A stretch of 64,000 bases of DNA from Candidatus Woesearchaeota archaeon (GTDB lineage Archaea; Nanobdellota; Nanobdellia; SCGC-AAA011-G17; PNOQ01), in assembly GCA_043812195.1 (NCBI GenBank), contig JBDRML010000016.1, positions 22,093-86,092 of the forward strand, written 5' to 3'. The notes under the pieces are model-generated. The model was given only the letters and a program-made list of their open reading frames with translations. It was not told where the DNA came from and made no database searches. A program made the position numbers and the translations under genes. Shown here one piece after another: positions 17,387 to 27,748 of this stretch; position 1 is the first letter of the stretch, and each line of letters begins with the position of its first letter.

Positions 17387-19292
17387 GTATCACATCTCCT
17401 GATTTTTTTGAAGAATCAAATAAATTTTCCCTTATGGATAAATTCCTCTTCTTTATGCTTTCTAATATTCTTAAAAAATGTTCAATACTAACATTTCTAA
17501 TATCAACTTCTAATAACTCGTGTTTCCCCAAACATTTTTCTGAAAATCCTTCCGTATCTTTATATTTTATTATTATTATTGGTCTATCTACGTATATTGC
17601 TTCTAACACTATTGATGAAAAAAATGTTATTACTAAATCATATTTTTTTAGAAAATCATATTTATCACCCACATTTTTATCTTCATAAACTTTATTAGAA
17701 ATTTTATTATAGATTTCTTTATTTTCTTCAGATGGATGCATCTTTATATCTAACTCAAAATCTCCCTTCAATTTTTCACTTAATTCTTTTATATAACTCT
17801 CATACTCTTTGATTGTTGATGTTCCTTCTTCCACAAAAGCATTTGTGCATAACAAAACTTTCTTCTTTGGTTTCTTTACAAAACTATATCCCACCAAATG
17901 TAAGTTTTCTTTCTTCGCCCCATTCTTTAATAACATATCTTTTAATAAATGATTATAACACAATACATGGCAATTATCTGGGTATGTATATTCTACATCG
18001 GGAATAAGGAAACCATGTGTCAATCTAAAACAAGGTATATTCATAGACTTACCCGCAATAATCATACACTTTTCAACAAGGTTTCCAAATCCATCTAACA
18101 AAACACATTTACAATCGTACTTTTTTATTATATCCAAACAAATTTTATAATAAATGTTTATTAATCGTATTACTTCTTTTGAATATATAAAATCTTCTGG
18201 AGGAATCTTTGTTTTTTTATATTTAATATTATTCGATTGAAAAATAGAGTCAAAATAATTGTATATCATATCCTCCCTATACCTAATTCTTTTACTTGAT
18301 AACTTATCGAAATAGATTACTTTTTGTGCATGTCCCAAACTTTTTATGTAATTATAAATATCGCCAACTCTTTCTAGTTCATCACCTTTCTTTCTTATTA
18401 ATGGCAGTAAGTATAGTATATCATACTTATTATTATCTTTTATTTTTTTAGACGCAATCAGCTTTGTTATTTGAGAGATATACATTGCTTTTCTATATAT
18501 ATTTCTTTTTTCACCGTATACCCATTTTGGCATTTCACCAACTAATATTTTCTGTTTAAAAAACAATCCAATGTTATAATCGCCGATTTTATAATTCTCA
18601 TCTATACTAAAATTGCCAGATTTTTTATTGATAGATGAACCTTGCATAAGATCTTGCCCCTCCATTATTTTTACTCTTTTTTCTTTTTTCTTTTCAATAA
18701 TTAAATTCATCCATTTTTTTTGGTATTTTATGTTATAATCTTCATAAAATTCAATTACATCAAACCCATTTTCATTAAACATCTCAATAAACTCATCTTT
18801 AACAAATCGCCTTCTAAATCTTTTAGTTACATTTTTATAATCTTCTTTAATAAAATACCCTTCTTCTGATTTTTCATTTATAGTGGTACAAACAAAAATA
18901 CATCCATTCGGCATTAATAATGATTTTAATTTGTTTAATATTATTTTTGTTTCATCTTTTGGAAATAAGTGTATAAAAGCATCTAAAATTATTCCATCAT
19001 ATTTTCTATCAAATTCCTTTTTTAAGAAATCTATAACTTCTAATTTTGCTTCTGGAACATTCTTTTTAGCAAATTTAATCATCTCTTTTGAACAATCAAT
19101 ACCATAGGTTTTAAATCCAAAATTATTTAAAATATGTAAATCAAGACCAACGCCGCAACCAATATCTAAAACTTCTGGTTTCTTGAATCTTTTTGCTAAT
19201 ATTTTTTTAAAGGGTAATAATACTTTTGTTTGATACAAAATATTATTTTTATTTCTTTCATTATATTCTTTAGCAACAGAATCATAGTTCAT
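17349..19292 (-). CDS. fusion protein: N-terminal class I SAM methyltransferase + C-terminal CDP-glycerol glycerophosphotransferase (TagB/TagF, Glyphos_transf)-like domain
   Basis: N-terminal VLDIGCGVGLDL motif I. C-terminal KKVLLCTNAFVEEG...DIKMHPSEEN...YDLVITFFSSIVLEAIYVDRPIII resembles TagF (HP motif, DYSS-like motif). Confidence 0.55.
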   Translation of the reverse strand: MNYDSVAKEYNERNKNNILYQTKVLLPFKKILAKRFKKPEVLDIGCGVGLDLHILNNFGFKTYGIDCSKEMIKFAKKNVPEAKLEVIDFLKKEFDRKYDGIILDAFIHLFPKDETKIILNKLKSLLMPNGCIFVCTTINEKSEEGYFIKEDYKNVTKRFRRRFVKDEFIEMFNENGFDVIEFYEDYNIKYQKKWMNLIIEKKKEKRVKIMEGQDLMQGSSINKKSGNFSIDENYKIGDYNIGLFFKQKILVGEMPKWVYGEKRNIYRKAMYISQITKLIASKKIKDNNKYDILYLLPLIRKKGDELERVGDIYNYIKSLGHAQKVIYFDKLSSKRIRYREDMIYNYFDSIFQSNNIKYKKTKIPPEDFIYSKEVIRLINIYYKICLDIIKKYDCKCVLLDGFGNLVEKCMIIAGKSMNIPCFRLTHGFLIPDVEYTYPDNCHVLCYNHLLKDMLLKNGAKKENLHLVGYSFVKKPKKKVLLCTNAFVEEGTSTIKEYESYIKELSEKLKGDFELDIKMHPSEENKEIYNKISNKVYEDKNVGDKYDFLKKYDLVITFFSSIVLEAIYVDRPIIIIKYKDTEGFSEKCLGKHELLEVDIRNVSIEHFLRILESIKKRNLSIRENLFDSSKKSGDVILGTIRSNHKKEV

Positions 19293-19626
19293 TTATCTAT
19301 TTCCTTCCTAATTTTTATCAATAAATATTCTTATTATTCTTTTTAGGCATACTAAAAATTCTAGCTCTTGCCTTAACATACACAAAAAGATATTTACCCC
19401 TCTTTATAAATTTTATTAAAAAAGAAACCCATAAAACTTAAAAAGACAAATATATTTTAAAATCTAAAAGAAATACTGCAAAAACACAGCATATATTAAA
19501 AAGTTAATCTATATATTAATTATAATTACTACCTTAAAAACTACTTAGAAAGATAATAGAACCTATCAGTAAAAATAAATTCATTTTTAATAAAATTTAT
19601 AAGGTATAAAAAAAACACTTAATTTA

Positions 19627-21120
19627 ATGACTGATTATTCTAAAACTTTGATAAAAGGAACAAGTGTTATTTTCATTGCAACAATAAGCACAAGTCTAAT
19701 TGGTTATTTTCTAAAATTATTATTAGCAAAAAACTTAACTATAACGGAATTTGGATTAGTTTATTCAATAATAGCATTATTCGGAGTTTTTCTAATATTG
19801 CCTGGAATAGGATCAGGCAAAGCATTAGTTAGATTTATAACAGAATACAAGACCAAAAATAAATTAAAAGAAATTAAAACAACCATACTAACAAGTTTCT
19901 TAATCAACATGTGTTTATCTCTAACAATAGGCCTTATATTAATTATATTTTCAGAACCAATAGCTCTAAATTATTTACATGATATAACCAAATCATCTTA
20001 CATAAGATTATATGCTATAGCATTTATTCTTACCCCTACAATAAGTATATTTAAATCTATTTTTGCAGGATTCAAAAAAAGTAAATATTATTCAATAATA
20101 GACTTATCAAAAATGTTAACAATCCTAATTTTCGCTTATATCTTCCTAAAATTAAACTTGGGTGTAACAGGGGTATTTTTAGCCTACATTTTAGTATATA
20201 TTCTACCAATAATATTCTATTTCCCATTACTAATAAAAAAAGTATTTCCAACTTTCTTAAAGGTAAAAGCAGGAATCAAATCACAAAAAGCAAAAAGATT
20301 AATAAAATTTGGGATACCCCTCACAATAGCAAGTACAGCAGGTATGATATTTGGATACATGGACACAGTGATAATCACTTTCTTTAGATCTCTAGAAGAA
20401 GTAGCACTATACAATGTAGGATTGCCAACTATAAGAATTGTATGGAACTTTGAAAGGGCTCTAACTGTAATACTTTTTCCAATAGCAGTAGAATTATGGC
20501 TCCAAAAAGATAAAACCAGATTCAGAAACGGAATAAAAAATCTCTACAAATACATTTTAATTATAATAATACCATTTACTATGGTCTTATTCATATTTCC
20601 TGAATTAATCCTCAAAGTATTATTTGGCCAAGCATTTGTGGGGGCTGCTAGTGTAGTGAGAATTCTTGCAATCACATCGCTAATTATAGTTTTAGCAAGA
20701 ATAAATATAGCCATAATAACCAGCATAGGAAAACCAAGCATTATAACTAAAGTAATGGTAATAGGCGCGCTGATAAATATTATAATAAACCTAATTTTAA
20801 TCCCGATAATAGGTATAAATGGTGCTGCGATATCCACAGCAGCCGCCTTTTCATTTATATTGATTTACACACATAATAATCTAAAAAAATTAGCACAAAT
20901 AAATTTCCCAGTAGGAAAAATAATCAAAATATTATTAATCAGCACAATTATAACTATTACAGCTTACATTTTAAAAGAAATTATTCAAATAAATATCTAT
21001 TTAGAATCTATAATTATAATATTAATAGGAATGATAATCTACACAACTCTGATTTTTGTATTCAAAGTCTTAACTCCAAAAGAAGTTAAAAATCTGCTTA
21101 ACAAGCTTAAAAATAAATAA
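19627..21120 (+). CDS. Wzx-type oligosaccharide/polysaccharide flippase (MOP superfamily)
   Basis: 497 aa, ~14 TM helices; Wzx-like N-terminus. Confidence 0.7.
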   Translation: MTDYSKTLIKGTSVIFIATISTSLIGYFLKLLLAKNLTITEFGLVYSIIALFGVFLILPGIGSGKALVRFITEYKTKNKLKEIKTTILTSFLINMCLSLTIGLILIIFSEPIALNYLHDITKSSYIRLYAIAFILTPTISIFKSIFAGFKKSKYYSIIDLSKMLTILIFAYIFLKLNLGVTGVFLAYILVYILPIIFYFPLLIKKVFPTFLKVKAGIKSQKAKRLIKFGIPLTIASTAGMIFGYMDTVIITFFRSLEEVALYNVGLPTIRIVWNFERALTVILFPIAVELWLQKDKTRFRNGIKNLYKYILIIIIPFTMVLFIFPELILKVLFGQAFVGAASVVRILAITSLIIVLARINIAIITSIGKPSIITKVMVIGALINIIINLILIPIIGINGAAISTAAAFSFILIYTHNNLKKLAQINFPVGKIIKILLISTIITITAYILKEIIQINIYLESIIIILIGMIIYTTLIFVFKVLTPKEVKNLLNKLKNK

Positions 21121-21146
21121 TAAATCTGACAAAACTAAAAAGATAA

Positions 21147-21920
21147 TTAATATTCAACTTTGAAAGTATTTTCTAAAGCTGTGGGCCCATGAGAAAACAC
21201 ACGAGTCCCTTCAGCCATTGTTTCGAGTATTATTCTATCCATAAATTCTCTTTGTGAAGGTAAGGTTCTACCAGTTTCACCTAATTTAGGTTTATAAAAA
21301 TAATTACCACCATAATAACTAGAATCACTAGAAACCTCATTACTAAATTCAACACCATACAAATGAATTGAAGATGCACCCATGACATGAGCGACTTGTA
21401 GAGCCATACATGCACTTGTACCCCCAACATTAATCGCCTTTTGATGTCTTCTAGAAACTGGAACAGGATTCTTAGATCCAGCAATATAATGCATTAATAA
21501 ATGTGGCTCAGAAGGGCTAGGTAATTGTAAAAAAAGATTATTGATATGTTCATCTCTGCTAGAAACCCATCTTAATCCTAATTCAGTAGTTTTAACTAAA
21601 CTAGGTTTCTCATCCATATATTTTTCATATTCATTAATAAATTTATTCCTAATCTTTTCATCAGGATAAAATTTGGGAGAGTAAATAGCTGAATGTGGTT
21701 TAATTATACATTGCACATCCTCATCCAAATCCAAAAACCAACTTCTAGTATGTGCAGCTTGGTCTCCAGAAAGAAAAATATCTCTTCCATGAAGTAAATA
21801 ACCCGCACCATTAACACCAATAACAATGTCTTCCCCTCTATTAAAAATCATAACAGAAGGAGCAGAACCTAAAACAGCAATTTCAGTACCATAATAAATA
21901 TTTCTTACTTTATCAAGCAT
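21147..21920 (-). CDS. GT42-like sialyltransferase-fold protein (Cst-II / DUF115 / Maf-like); candidate nonulosonic-acid transferase
   Basis: IAVLGSAPS (compare GNGPSL) and INVGGTSACMALQVAHVMGASSIHLYGVEF (compare Cst-II ITSGVYMCAVAIALGYKEIYLSGIDF). Visibly more GC-rich than its neighbours. Confidence 0.45.
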   Translation of the reverse strand: MLDKVRNIYYGTEIAVLGSAPSVMIFNRGEDIVIGVNGAGYLLHGRDIFLSGDQAAHTRSWFLDLDEDVQCIIKPHSAIYSPKFYPDEKIRNKFINEYEKYMDEKPSLVKTTELGLRWVSSRDEHINNLFLQLPSPSEPHLLMHYIAGSKNPVPVSRRHQKAINVGGTSACMALQVAHVMGASSIHLYGVEFSNEVSSDSSYYGGNYFYKPKLGETGRTLPSQREFMDRIILETMAEGTRVFSHGPTALENTFKVEY

Positions 21921-22947
21921 TTTTTAACGTTTTAATCAGTTTTTTCTCTAATCCTAAAGCAATTTCTGTTCTATTATTGAAAAAATCATATCTTCTACTA
22001 AAATAATCTCTCTCAGCATCTGAAGACGTAGGTAAATATCCTTCACCCCACGTAACTATTAAACTATTTAACCCAACATCAGCAAGCATTAAGGGTAAGC
22101 TCTCAATCTGATCTCTAATAGAAGGATCAAATTTCCTATATTCAGAAAAACATTCTTTTAATTTATCCCAATCAACCCTATCATCAAGAGCAATATCTTT
22201 TGTTTCTTTATCAAAACAATATAAATCAGAGGTATGTATCGCATCAGTCCCTCTAAAATCCATTCTAACTAAATCATAATCAACAACAGCAACCAATTTG
22301 CCATTGTTTATCAACGCGCACCCTAAATTAAAGTCGCCATGAATCAATTGCTTAGGTTTACCTAATTTAGGTAATCTTTCTTCAACTGTACTTATCATCT
22401 CTCTAACTCTACTAACCTGAGAAAGAACATATTCATCCGTATCATTACATGCACTTCTGGGCAAATGTGGTTCTAATTCTTCAAGCAATCTTCTATGGGA
22501 TTTAAAAAATCTTGGCAAAGCTTCATATTCTTCTAAATTCTCAAATTGGCCCAATGCTAAATTAAATCTAGCTAAACCATGAAATGCTAAATTTATTTCT
22601 GATTGAACAGATTCTCTTGGATGTCTCCCTTCAACAAATGTCATCAAGGAATAAAGGTTATTTTCAAAAGTCGTTAAGTTTTCTCCATTTATACTCTTCA
22701 AAATCTTTGGTGTAGGCACTCCACAAGCATAAACAAAATCATTTAACCTTAGTTGAAATTCTGCTATTTGGGGTGTAAAATCATAAGAATATTTCTTAAC
22801 AACATACTTAGATGCATTAGAATCAGTCAAAAAAACGACTTGGTTTTTGTCTCCTTTTTCAGGAAATTCTTGATTTGGGGTAAAATCTAAATCATATGCA
22901 CGTGATAAAAAATCAATCTCTTCCGGTGTAAATTTTTCCCTTAACAT
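21913..22947 (-). CDS. phosphotransferase of the aminoglycoside-phosphotransferase / choline-kinase family
   Basis: Brenner motif HGDFNLGCALINNGK and VVDYD (D-x-E/D) motif. Confidence 0.6.
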   Translation of the reverse strand: MLREKFTPEEIDFLSRAYDLDFTPNQEFPEKGDKNQVVFLTDSNASKYVVKKYSYDFTPQIAEFQLRLNDFVYACGVPTPKILKSINGENLTTFENNLYSLMTFVEGRHPRESVQSEINLAFHGLARFNLALGQFENLEEYEALPRFFKSHRRLLEELEPHLPRSACNDTDEYVLSQVSRVREMISTVEERLPKLGKPKQLIHGDFNLGCALINNGKLVAVVDYDLVRMDFRGTDAIHTSDLYCFDKETKDIALDDRVDWDKLKECFSEYRKFDPSIRDQIESLPLMLADVGLNSLIVTWGEGYLPTSSDAERDYFSRRYDFFNNRTEIALGLEKKLIKTLKNA

Positions 22948-23045
22948 AAAAAAAGAATTTAACGACTACTTATAAAGTTTACTAATATTAAAAAAATTAG
23001 AAATTATTCCACAAGCTTTTTAAACAAATATCATTTCTCAAACTC

Positions 23046-23795
23046 ATGCAAAACAATAAAGTATTAGCTATAATCCCTGCAAGAGGTGGTTCTAAAGGAA
23101 TTCCAAGAAAAAACATAAAACCATTTCTAGGCAAACCATTAATAACATACACAATTAAATTAGCATTATCTTGTCCAGAAATAGACAAAGTAATTGTTTC
23201 TACAGATGACGAAGAAATAGCTCAAATTTCTAAAGAAGCTGGAGCAGAAATACCTTTCATAAGACCTGAAGAATTGGCAAGAGATGATACACCAGCCATT
23301 CCTGTATTCAGACATGTTATAAAATTCTTAGAAGAAAAAAACGAACATTATGAAAATATATTAATTCTAGAACCAACAGCACCACTAAGAACAAAAGAAC
23401 ACATTTTACAAACAATAAAAACACTAAAAGAAGAAGATGTTGAAACAGTAGTAAGCGTCAGAAAATTTGATATAGATTTCACAGATGTACTTGAAAAAAA
23501 TGAAAACAATTATCTAACACCTTTTTTAGGAACTAAAACAACAATCAGAAGACAAGATACAAAAGATGTCTACATAATGGATGCAGCAATCTACGGAGTC
23601 AAAAGAGATGCATTAATGGATGAATCATTAATCATGCTTAACCCATACAAAGGAAGAAATCCACAATTAAAAACAAAAATGGTATTATCAAATCCAAATC
23701 TATCTTGTGAGATTGATAATGAAGAAGATTGGGAATATGCTGAATTTTTATACAACAAATACAAAAAAGAAATAGAAAGAGAAAAAAATGATTAA
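23046..23795 (+). CDS. neuA: CMP-nonulosonic acid synthetase (acylneuraminate cytidylyltransferase family)
   Basis: LAIIPARGGSKGIPRKNIKPFLGKPLITYTI N-terminal motif of CMP-NeuAc/CMP-Kdo synthetases. Confidence 0.8.
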   Translation: MQNNKVLAIIPARGGSKGIPRKNIKPFLGKPLITYTIKLALSCPEIDKVIVSTDDEEIAQISKEAGAEIPFIRPEELARDDTPAIPVFRHVIKFLEEKNEHYENILILEPTAPLRTKEHILQTIKTLKEEDVETVVSVRKFDIDFTDVLEKNENNYLTPFLGTKTTIRRQDTKDVYIMDAAIYGVKRDALMDESLIMLNPYKGRNPQLKTKMVLSNPNLSCEIDNEEDWEYAEFLYNKYKKEIEREKND

Positions 23796-24501
23796 CATAA
23801 TAGGTCCATCTACTGGATGGTTATACGCAATTGGAACAAATACATTAGAAGAACAAGAAAAAATAATAAAAGAAGCAAATGCAAACGCATTTGAAATTTC
23901 ATTCGAGCCAGAAGTACCAAGAATTAGATCTTTATTAAATGGAAGCTTTAATGGTTTCAAATATAGATCAATGCATCTACCTGAAATAGATCCAGCAAAA
24001 CCTCTAGAAGCACAATTAGGAGCAATGAAATCAGTAATAAGCAAACATAAAATAGAAACAGGAGTAATTCATCCTTGTGATGTCTCTTCAAGAGATTACT
24101 GGAGAAGAATGGTTACTTACACAATTCCTGTAGCAGCAGAAAATATGGACAAAAATAAACCAAGCGGATTCAAATTAGAAGAACTAAGAGAATTAAACGA
24201 AATTTATGGAGTAAATTTTGTATTAGATGTTCAACACGCATATGAACATGATCCAACTATGAATTATGCTAAAGAATTATTAAATATGATGGAACCTAAT
24301 TTAAAACACCTACATGTTAGTGGAGAAACAGAAGACAACTGTCATTCATTAGTATATAAAGCAAGAAACGCAGATACAATAACAGATTTCATAGGAACAG
24401 TATTATCAAGAAAGGAAGTTCCGATAATACTTGAAGGACAGTATTCAAATGCAGAAGAATTAAAAACAGAAATAGATTTCCTAAATGGTGAATTAAAATG
24501 A
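23788..24501 (+). CDS. hypothetical protein, possibly TIM-barrel sugar-phosphate isomerase/epimerase-like
   Basis: Lies within the sugar-modification operon; His/Glu-containing segments (HLHVSGETED). Weak. Confidence 0.25.
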   Translation: MINIIGPSTGWLYAIGTNTLEEQEKIIKEANANAFEISFEPEVPRIRSLLNGSFNGFKYRSMHLPEIDPAKPLEAQLGAMKSVISKHKIETGVIHPCDVSSRDYWRRMVTYTIPVAAENMDKNKPSGFKLEELRELNEIYGVNFVLDVQHAYEHDPTMNYAKELLNMMEPNLKHLHVSGETEDNCHSLVYKARNADTITDFIGTVLSRKEVPIILEGQYSNAEELKTEIDFLNGELK

Positions 24502-25808
24502 TAGAACCTAAAAAATTAACATTAACAAAATCTTATGATTATTGGAAAAGAGCCGTAGAAGTAATTCCAAATGGTTGCATGACCATAAGCAATGGACCAA
24601 TAAGTTACATAACAAATGTTTCACCAATATACATTCAAAAAGGAAAGGGATGTAATGTATGGGATGTAGATGGAAATAAATTTTTAGATTTAGCTCCAGG
24701 AGGTTATTTAAAAATATTAGGCCATAACTACAAACCATTAACAAAAGCCATAATAAAACAAGTAAAAGATGATTCAATTTTCCAAATGCCACATCCGCTA
24801 GAAGTAGAAACAGCAGAAACAATAGTAAAGACAATTCCTAGTGCAGAAATGGTTAAATTTGCAAAAAACGGTGCAGATGTTTTAACTATGGGTGTAAGAG
24901 CAGCTAGAGCATACACAAACAGAGACATGATAGCTTCAGAAGGTTACCATGGAATACACGATTGGTATATCGGAACCACAGAAAGAAACAAAGGAGTTCC
25001 AGAAGCAGTCAAAAGATTAACAGCCACATTTAATTACAATGATATAGATTCACTTAAAAAAATATTCGAAAAATATCCAGACCAGATAGCATGCGTAACT
25101 TTAGAACCAGTTCAATTATCAGAGCCAAAAAATAACTTTTTACATCAAGTTAAAAAAATCACACATGAAAATGGCGCAGTATTAATGTTTGACGAGATAA
25201 TAACTGGATTCAGATTTTCACTCGCTGGAGCACAAGGTTATTTTGATATAAAACCAGATTTGTCAGCATTTGGCAAAGCAATGTCAAACGGATTCTCCTG
25301 TTCAGCTTTAGTTGGAAAATCAGATATAATGATGGAATTTGAAAAAGGTGCATTTTTCTCAACAACATACGGTGGAGAAACAACTGGACTAATAGCAGCA
25401 AAGAAAACAATAGAAATAATGAAAGAAAAAAATGTTCACGACCATCTTTGGAAAATGGGATCCATACTAAAAAATGGAATAAATAAAATCATAAAACAAA
25501 ATAATCTACAAGACCATTATTATATTCATGGATATCCTGTTTGGACAGTAATAAAAGCAAAAGGTGATGATAAAATAGGAACAGAAAACGAAAAAACTGG
25601 CTTATTGCAACAAGAAGCAATGCAAAGAGGAATGTTAGCAGGATTATTCCATGGATTATGCTACGCACATAAAGAAAAAGATATTCAAAAAGGATTAGAG
25701 ATTTACGAAGATTCTTTCAAAAAAGTTAAAAAGTACATTAATGAAGGGGATATCAAAAAACATCTAAAGGGAGAATACGGAGGAAAAGTATTCAGAAAAG
25801 TAGGTTAA
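24498..25808 (+). CDS. class III PLP-dependent aminotransferase (glutamate-1-semialdehyde aminomutase-like)
   Basis: FDEIITGFRFSLAGAQGYF ... AFGKAMSNG (PLP-lysine region) motifs. Confidence 0.65.
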   Translation: MIEPKKLTLTKSYDYWKRAVEVIPNGCMTISNGPISYITNVSPIYIQKGKGCNVWDVDGNKFLDLAPGGYLKILGHNYKPLTKAIIKQVKDDSIFQMPHPLEVETAETIVKTIPSAEMVKFAKNGADVLTMGVRAARAYTNRDMIASEGYHGIHDWYIGTTERNKGVPEAVKRLTATFNYNDIDSLKKIFEKYPDQIACVTLEPVQLSEPKNNFLHQVKKITHENGAVLMFDEIITGFRFSLAGAQGYFDIKPDLSAFGKAMSNGFSCSALVGKSDIMMEFEKGAFFSTTYGGETTGLIAAKKTIEIMKEKNVHDHLWKMGSILKNGINKIIKQNNLQDHYYIHGYPVWTVIKAKGDDKIGTENEKTGLLQQEAMQRGMLAGLFHGLCYAHKEKDIQKGLEIYEDSFKKVKKYINEGDIKKHLKGEYGGKVFRKVG

Positions 25809-25809
25809 T

Positions 25810-26613
25810 ATGAAATCAATAAAAGAACTATCAGATTTAAATAAAAAAGTAGCTATAATAACTGGAGCAGTCGGCAATCTGGGAATAGTTCATGCAGAAG
25901 CTCTAGCAGAATTAGGTTGTAATTTAGCACTAATAGATATTTTAGAAGATAAAGCAAGAGAATTAGCTCAAGACATTTCAAATAGATTTGGAGTTAAAGC
26001 TATAGGTCTAAAAATAGATTTATTCAAAAAAGAATCAATTGAAGAAACATTTCAAAAAATACATAATGAGATGGGAAGGATAGACATTCTAATTAACAGC
26101 GCGCAATATTCACCACCAGAAGATATAGAACCTGTAGAAACTTTTGATAAAGATGTTTGGGATAAAGTAATGGCAATAAATGTGACTGGAACTTTCTTGT
26201 GTTGTCAACAAGCATTAAAATATATGAAAGAAGGTGGATCAATTCTAAACATGGGCTCAATAATGGGAGTGATTGCACCAGACAGAAGAATCTATGAGGG
26301 TTCAACTTATGATGGAAAACAAATGAACAGCCCATTAGTATATTCAACTAGTAAAGCAGCCATAATTGGATTAACAAGATATTTAGCAGTAGATTTCGCA
26401 AAGAAAAATATCAGAGTAAACTGCATATCAGCAGCAGGCTTTGAAAGCGGCCAAACAGATTTATTCAAATCAAAATATAAAGACAAAATTCCAATGGCTA
26501 GAATGGCAAACAAAGAAGAACTTAAAGGAGCTATAGCCTATTTATGTTCAGATAATTCATCTTTCGTAACAGGTCATAATTTAATTTTAGATGGCGGCAT
26601 GTCTAGCTGGTAG
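25810..26613 (+). CDS. short-chain dehydrogenase/reductase (SDR)
   Basis: Gly-rich NAD(P) motif ITGAVGNLG; YSTSK catalytic Y-x3-K. Confidence 0.8.
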   Translation: MKSIKELSDLNKKVAIITGAVGNLGIVHAEALAELGCNLALIDILEDKARELAQDISNRFGVKAIGLKIDLFKKESIEETFQKIHNEMGRIDILINSAQYSPPEDIEPVETFDKDVWDKVMAINVTGTFLCCQQALKYMKEGGSILNMGSIMGVIAPDRRIYEGSTYDGKQMNSPLVYSTSKAAIIGLTRYLAVDFAKKNIRVNCISAAGFESGQTDLFKSKYKDKIPMARMANKEELKGAIAYLCSDNSSFVTGHNLILDGGMSSW

Positions 26614-27748
26614 ATTTTTTCAGTCTATAACTTTTATCATAATCTCCAGCCGAAAAATATCCTTTATACGCAGGGAAGAATTTATCATTAAATTCAATAT
26701 TATTCTCTTTACAGTAATTTCTTCTTAAATCAACAAATTTACCATAAACTTCTTGGTTAAAAATAATACCAGCACCTCTAAACATTCCTCTATCATCAGA
26801 AAACCCATATTTAAAATGATACAAAGAATCTCCAGGAGAATTTCCAGCACCTAAATGCAACCTTTTAACTCCTTTTTCCTTTAGATACTTAAAAGCCTCC
26901 CATAAAATAAGATTAGCAGGAGATAACGTCCAATAATCTTTATCTGAACCAGAGAAATGATAATGTGCGTAATCATTTCTATGAATAAAAAAAGAGCCAG
27001 CTATTACTTTCCCATCATATTTAGCAATAAACAAAGAAGCATCATCACCTAAAAAATCCATTGTATTTTTATAAAACTCAAATGGAAAAAAATACTTCTT
27101 TCCAGTATTAACAGCACGCATTCTTCCCAAATATAAATCAACAAAAGATTCAAGATCTCTCATATCTTTACTTTTATAAACTTGAATGCCACTTTTTTCA
27201 GCTTTTCTTATTTGATTTCTTGTTTTCTTCTTCATACTCATCAATATTTCATCAAGACTTTTAGTCAAATCAACATAAACCACATCTCTCTCATCAATAA
27301 GATTAACATGATCTTTAAAATCAAGATAATTATCAGTCATTGGGTGAAATCTAACAAATCCAGAAACTATATTATTCTTTAAACAATATTTATTCAAACT
27401 GGCCATAGATTCTTCAATAAGATCTTCTTTTTTACTTTGATTAGAACATTTTACAATTGGTCCATTGTATCCATAAACAGAAATTAAATCATAAAAATCA
27501 GAATTTTCAATGTAGGGCAAATCAATTTTTCTTTTCATAAAAGGAATTAAAACATAATCATTTTCATCCCCATAAACAAACATAAACGCCTCACCATTAA
27601 AAGCATCATCAATGTCTTTTCCATAACTCTGCTCATAAATTTTATTGTATCCACAAGAATAATACACATCACAGCCACAAGAACCATCTATTAAAGAATT
27701 CCACTCTTTTTCATCCTTTGTAGTTAAAACTCTGTTAGTGTAAACCAT
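26603..27748 (-). CDS. FemAB-like / GNAT-fold acyl- or aminoacyl-transferase
   Basis: 381 aa, size and pattern of FemAB-family transferases. Weak motif evidence. Confidence 0.35.
   Translation of the reverse strand: MVYTNRVLTTKDEKEWNSLIDGSCGCDVYYSCGYNKIYEQSYGKDIDDAFNGEAFMFVYGDENDYVLIPFMKRKIDLPYIENSDFYDLISVYGYNGPIVKCSNQSKKEDLIEESMASLNKYCLKNNIVSGFVRFHPMTDNYLDFKDHVNLIDERDVVYVDLTKSLDEILMSMKKKTRNQIRKAEKSGIQVYKSKDMRDLESFVDLYLGRMRAVNTGKKYFFPFEFYKNTMDFLGDDASLFIAKYDGKVIAGSFFIHRNDYAHYHFSGSDKDYWTLSPANLILWEAFKYLKEKGVKRLHLGAGNSPGDSLYHFKYGFSDDRGMFRGAGIIFNQEVYGKFVDLRRNYCKENNIEFNDKFFPAYKGYFSAGDYDKSYRLKKSTS

Noticed and set aside
22997-23188. 63-aa minus-strand ORF overlapping the start of the CMP-nonulosonic acid synthetase gene
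   Set aside because: Entirely embedded in, and antisense to, a well-supported gene; low-complexity translation. Treated as spurious, as are the other short antisense ORFs in the track (e.g. 2351..2671, 4032..4250, 15298..15645, 38701..39168, 43390..44064, 51336..51725).
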